Assembly (NCBI GenBank): GCA_965228475.1
Contig: OZ245817.1
Location: forward strand, 3,680,001-3,744,000
Direction of reading: 5' to 3'
Length of the DNA: 64,000 bases
Source: Myxococcota bacterium
GTDB lineage: Bacteria > Myxococcota_A > UBA9160 > JAFDDA01
Both the position numbers and the translations under genes were made by a program. Numbering within the stretch: the stretch's first letter is position 1; each line of letters begins with the position of its first letter. Below, piece by piece: positions 63,218 to 64,000 of the stretch. The notes under the pieces are model-generated. The model ran no database searches. It was not told where the DNA came from and saw nothing but the letters and a program-made list of their open reading frames with translations.

Positions 63218-64000
63218 CTAGACGTCCCAGACCATCCGGACCTCGGCATCCTCGTCGAGCAGCCCCACCGGGCTCTGCTTGTCGATGTGGCCGATCAGGT
63301 GGTTGTAGACGCCGTAGCCGACGAGCTCGCGCAGCCGCGGGGAGAACCCACGCGCGATCTCGCGGGGAATGCCGAGCTGCTGGTTCTCCTGCTGGCGCAC
63401 CCAGCCCGCGCAGTAGTTCATGGCAATGCCGACGCGCCGGGCGCCTGTGCGATTCGCCCCGCCCCCGTGCCAGAGCGAGCCGTGGTAGACGACGACGCTC
63501 CCGGCGGGCATCTCCGCGGGGATCGTCTCGTGGGGCTCGCGCGGGTCCGGCCAGCGGTCCGCCTTGTGGGAGCCCGGGACGAGGCGGGTCGCGCCGTTCT
63601 CCTCCGTGAAGTCCGTGATCGCCCAGATCGTGTTGCACACGAGCGGGACGTGGGGCTTCGGCAGCGGGATCAGCTGATCGTCCGCGTGCAGCGGCTGCGG
63701 CACCTCGTCGGCGCCGATCGCGATGCTCGAGAGCGAGGAGATCAGGCACCCGCGGTCGAGCACGCCCTCCACCACCGGCAGAACGTTCTCGTGGACGGGG
63801 ATCTCCTCGAACACCTTCCCGTGCACGAGCAGGTTGTAGATGCGGTGGGTCTTGAAGCCTTCGAAGGGGTTCTTGCCCGGGTCGATCGCGAGGTCCTTCT
63901 CGAGCCGCTCGAGGGCCTCGGCGATGGCCGCCACCCGTTCGGGCTCGATGGCGTTCTCGAGGATCGTGTAGCCCCGGTCTTCGATCTCGGCGAGGTGCCG
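63218..64000 (-). CDS. Phytanoyl-CoA dioxygenase-family Fe(II)/2OG enzyme (5' end beyond the window)
   Basis: Frame stays open to 64000 (RHLAEIEDRGYTILENAI); QPLHADD, DFTEENGATRLVPGSH and LWHGGGANRT motifs. Confidence 0.9.
   Translation of the reverse strand, partial: RHLAEIEDRGYTILENAIEPERVAAIAEALERLEKDLAIDPGKNPFEGFKTHRIYNLLVHGKVFEEIPVHENVLPVVEGVLDRGCLISSLSSIAIGADEVPQPLHADDQLIPLPKPHVPLVCNTIWAITDFTEENGATRLVPGSHKADRWPDPREPHETIPAEMPAGSVVVYHGSLWHGGGANRTGARRVGIAMNYCAGWVRQQENQQLGIPREIARGFSPRLRELVGYGVYNHLIGHIDKQSPVGLLDEDAEVRMVWDV

Overview
A gene-dense, very GC-rich (about 70% by eye) bacterial chromosome segment with 54 supportable CDSs. I saw no rRNA, tRNA, CRISPR array or mobile element. The gene mix (Prc protease, PilZ protein, flagellin-like gene, multiheme cytochrome, heteromeric acyl-CoA dehydrogenases, LLM oxidoreductase, PpgK) suggests a flagellated diderm heterotroph, possibly Myxococcota/deltaproteobacteria-like; this is inference only. 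Core genes include addAB, typA, rmuC, ahcY-metH, gluQ, hemF, copA and tesB. Main observations read from the sequence: (1) the same palindrome CTGACG-N3-CGTCAG sits inside the promoters of the hydantoinase/oxoprolinase pair and of the acyl-CoA dehydrogenase operon 10 kb away, suggesting one catabolic regulon; (2) a secreted 166-aa protein carries four (F/L)NPQPEPP cores conserved at protein level; (3) a possible dispersed motility module is made of a degenerate orphan flagellin, two near-identical sigma-28-like promoters (before a PilZ protein and a LapG-like protease) and a structured leader with CsrA-type GGA hairpins; (4) an octaheme-HEAT-TPR lipoprotein is divergent from a sulfatase-HupE/UreJ pair; (5) at least 11 genes have leaderless architecture (TANNNT, 6-7 nt, start codon); (6) a perfect CsoR/RicR-type operator abuts copA. 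All family calls come from motif recognition, not database searches. Many starts were moved relative to the ORF track.
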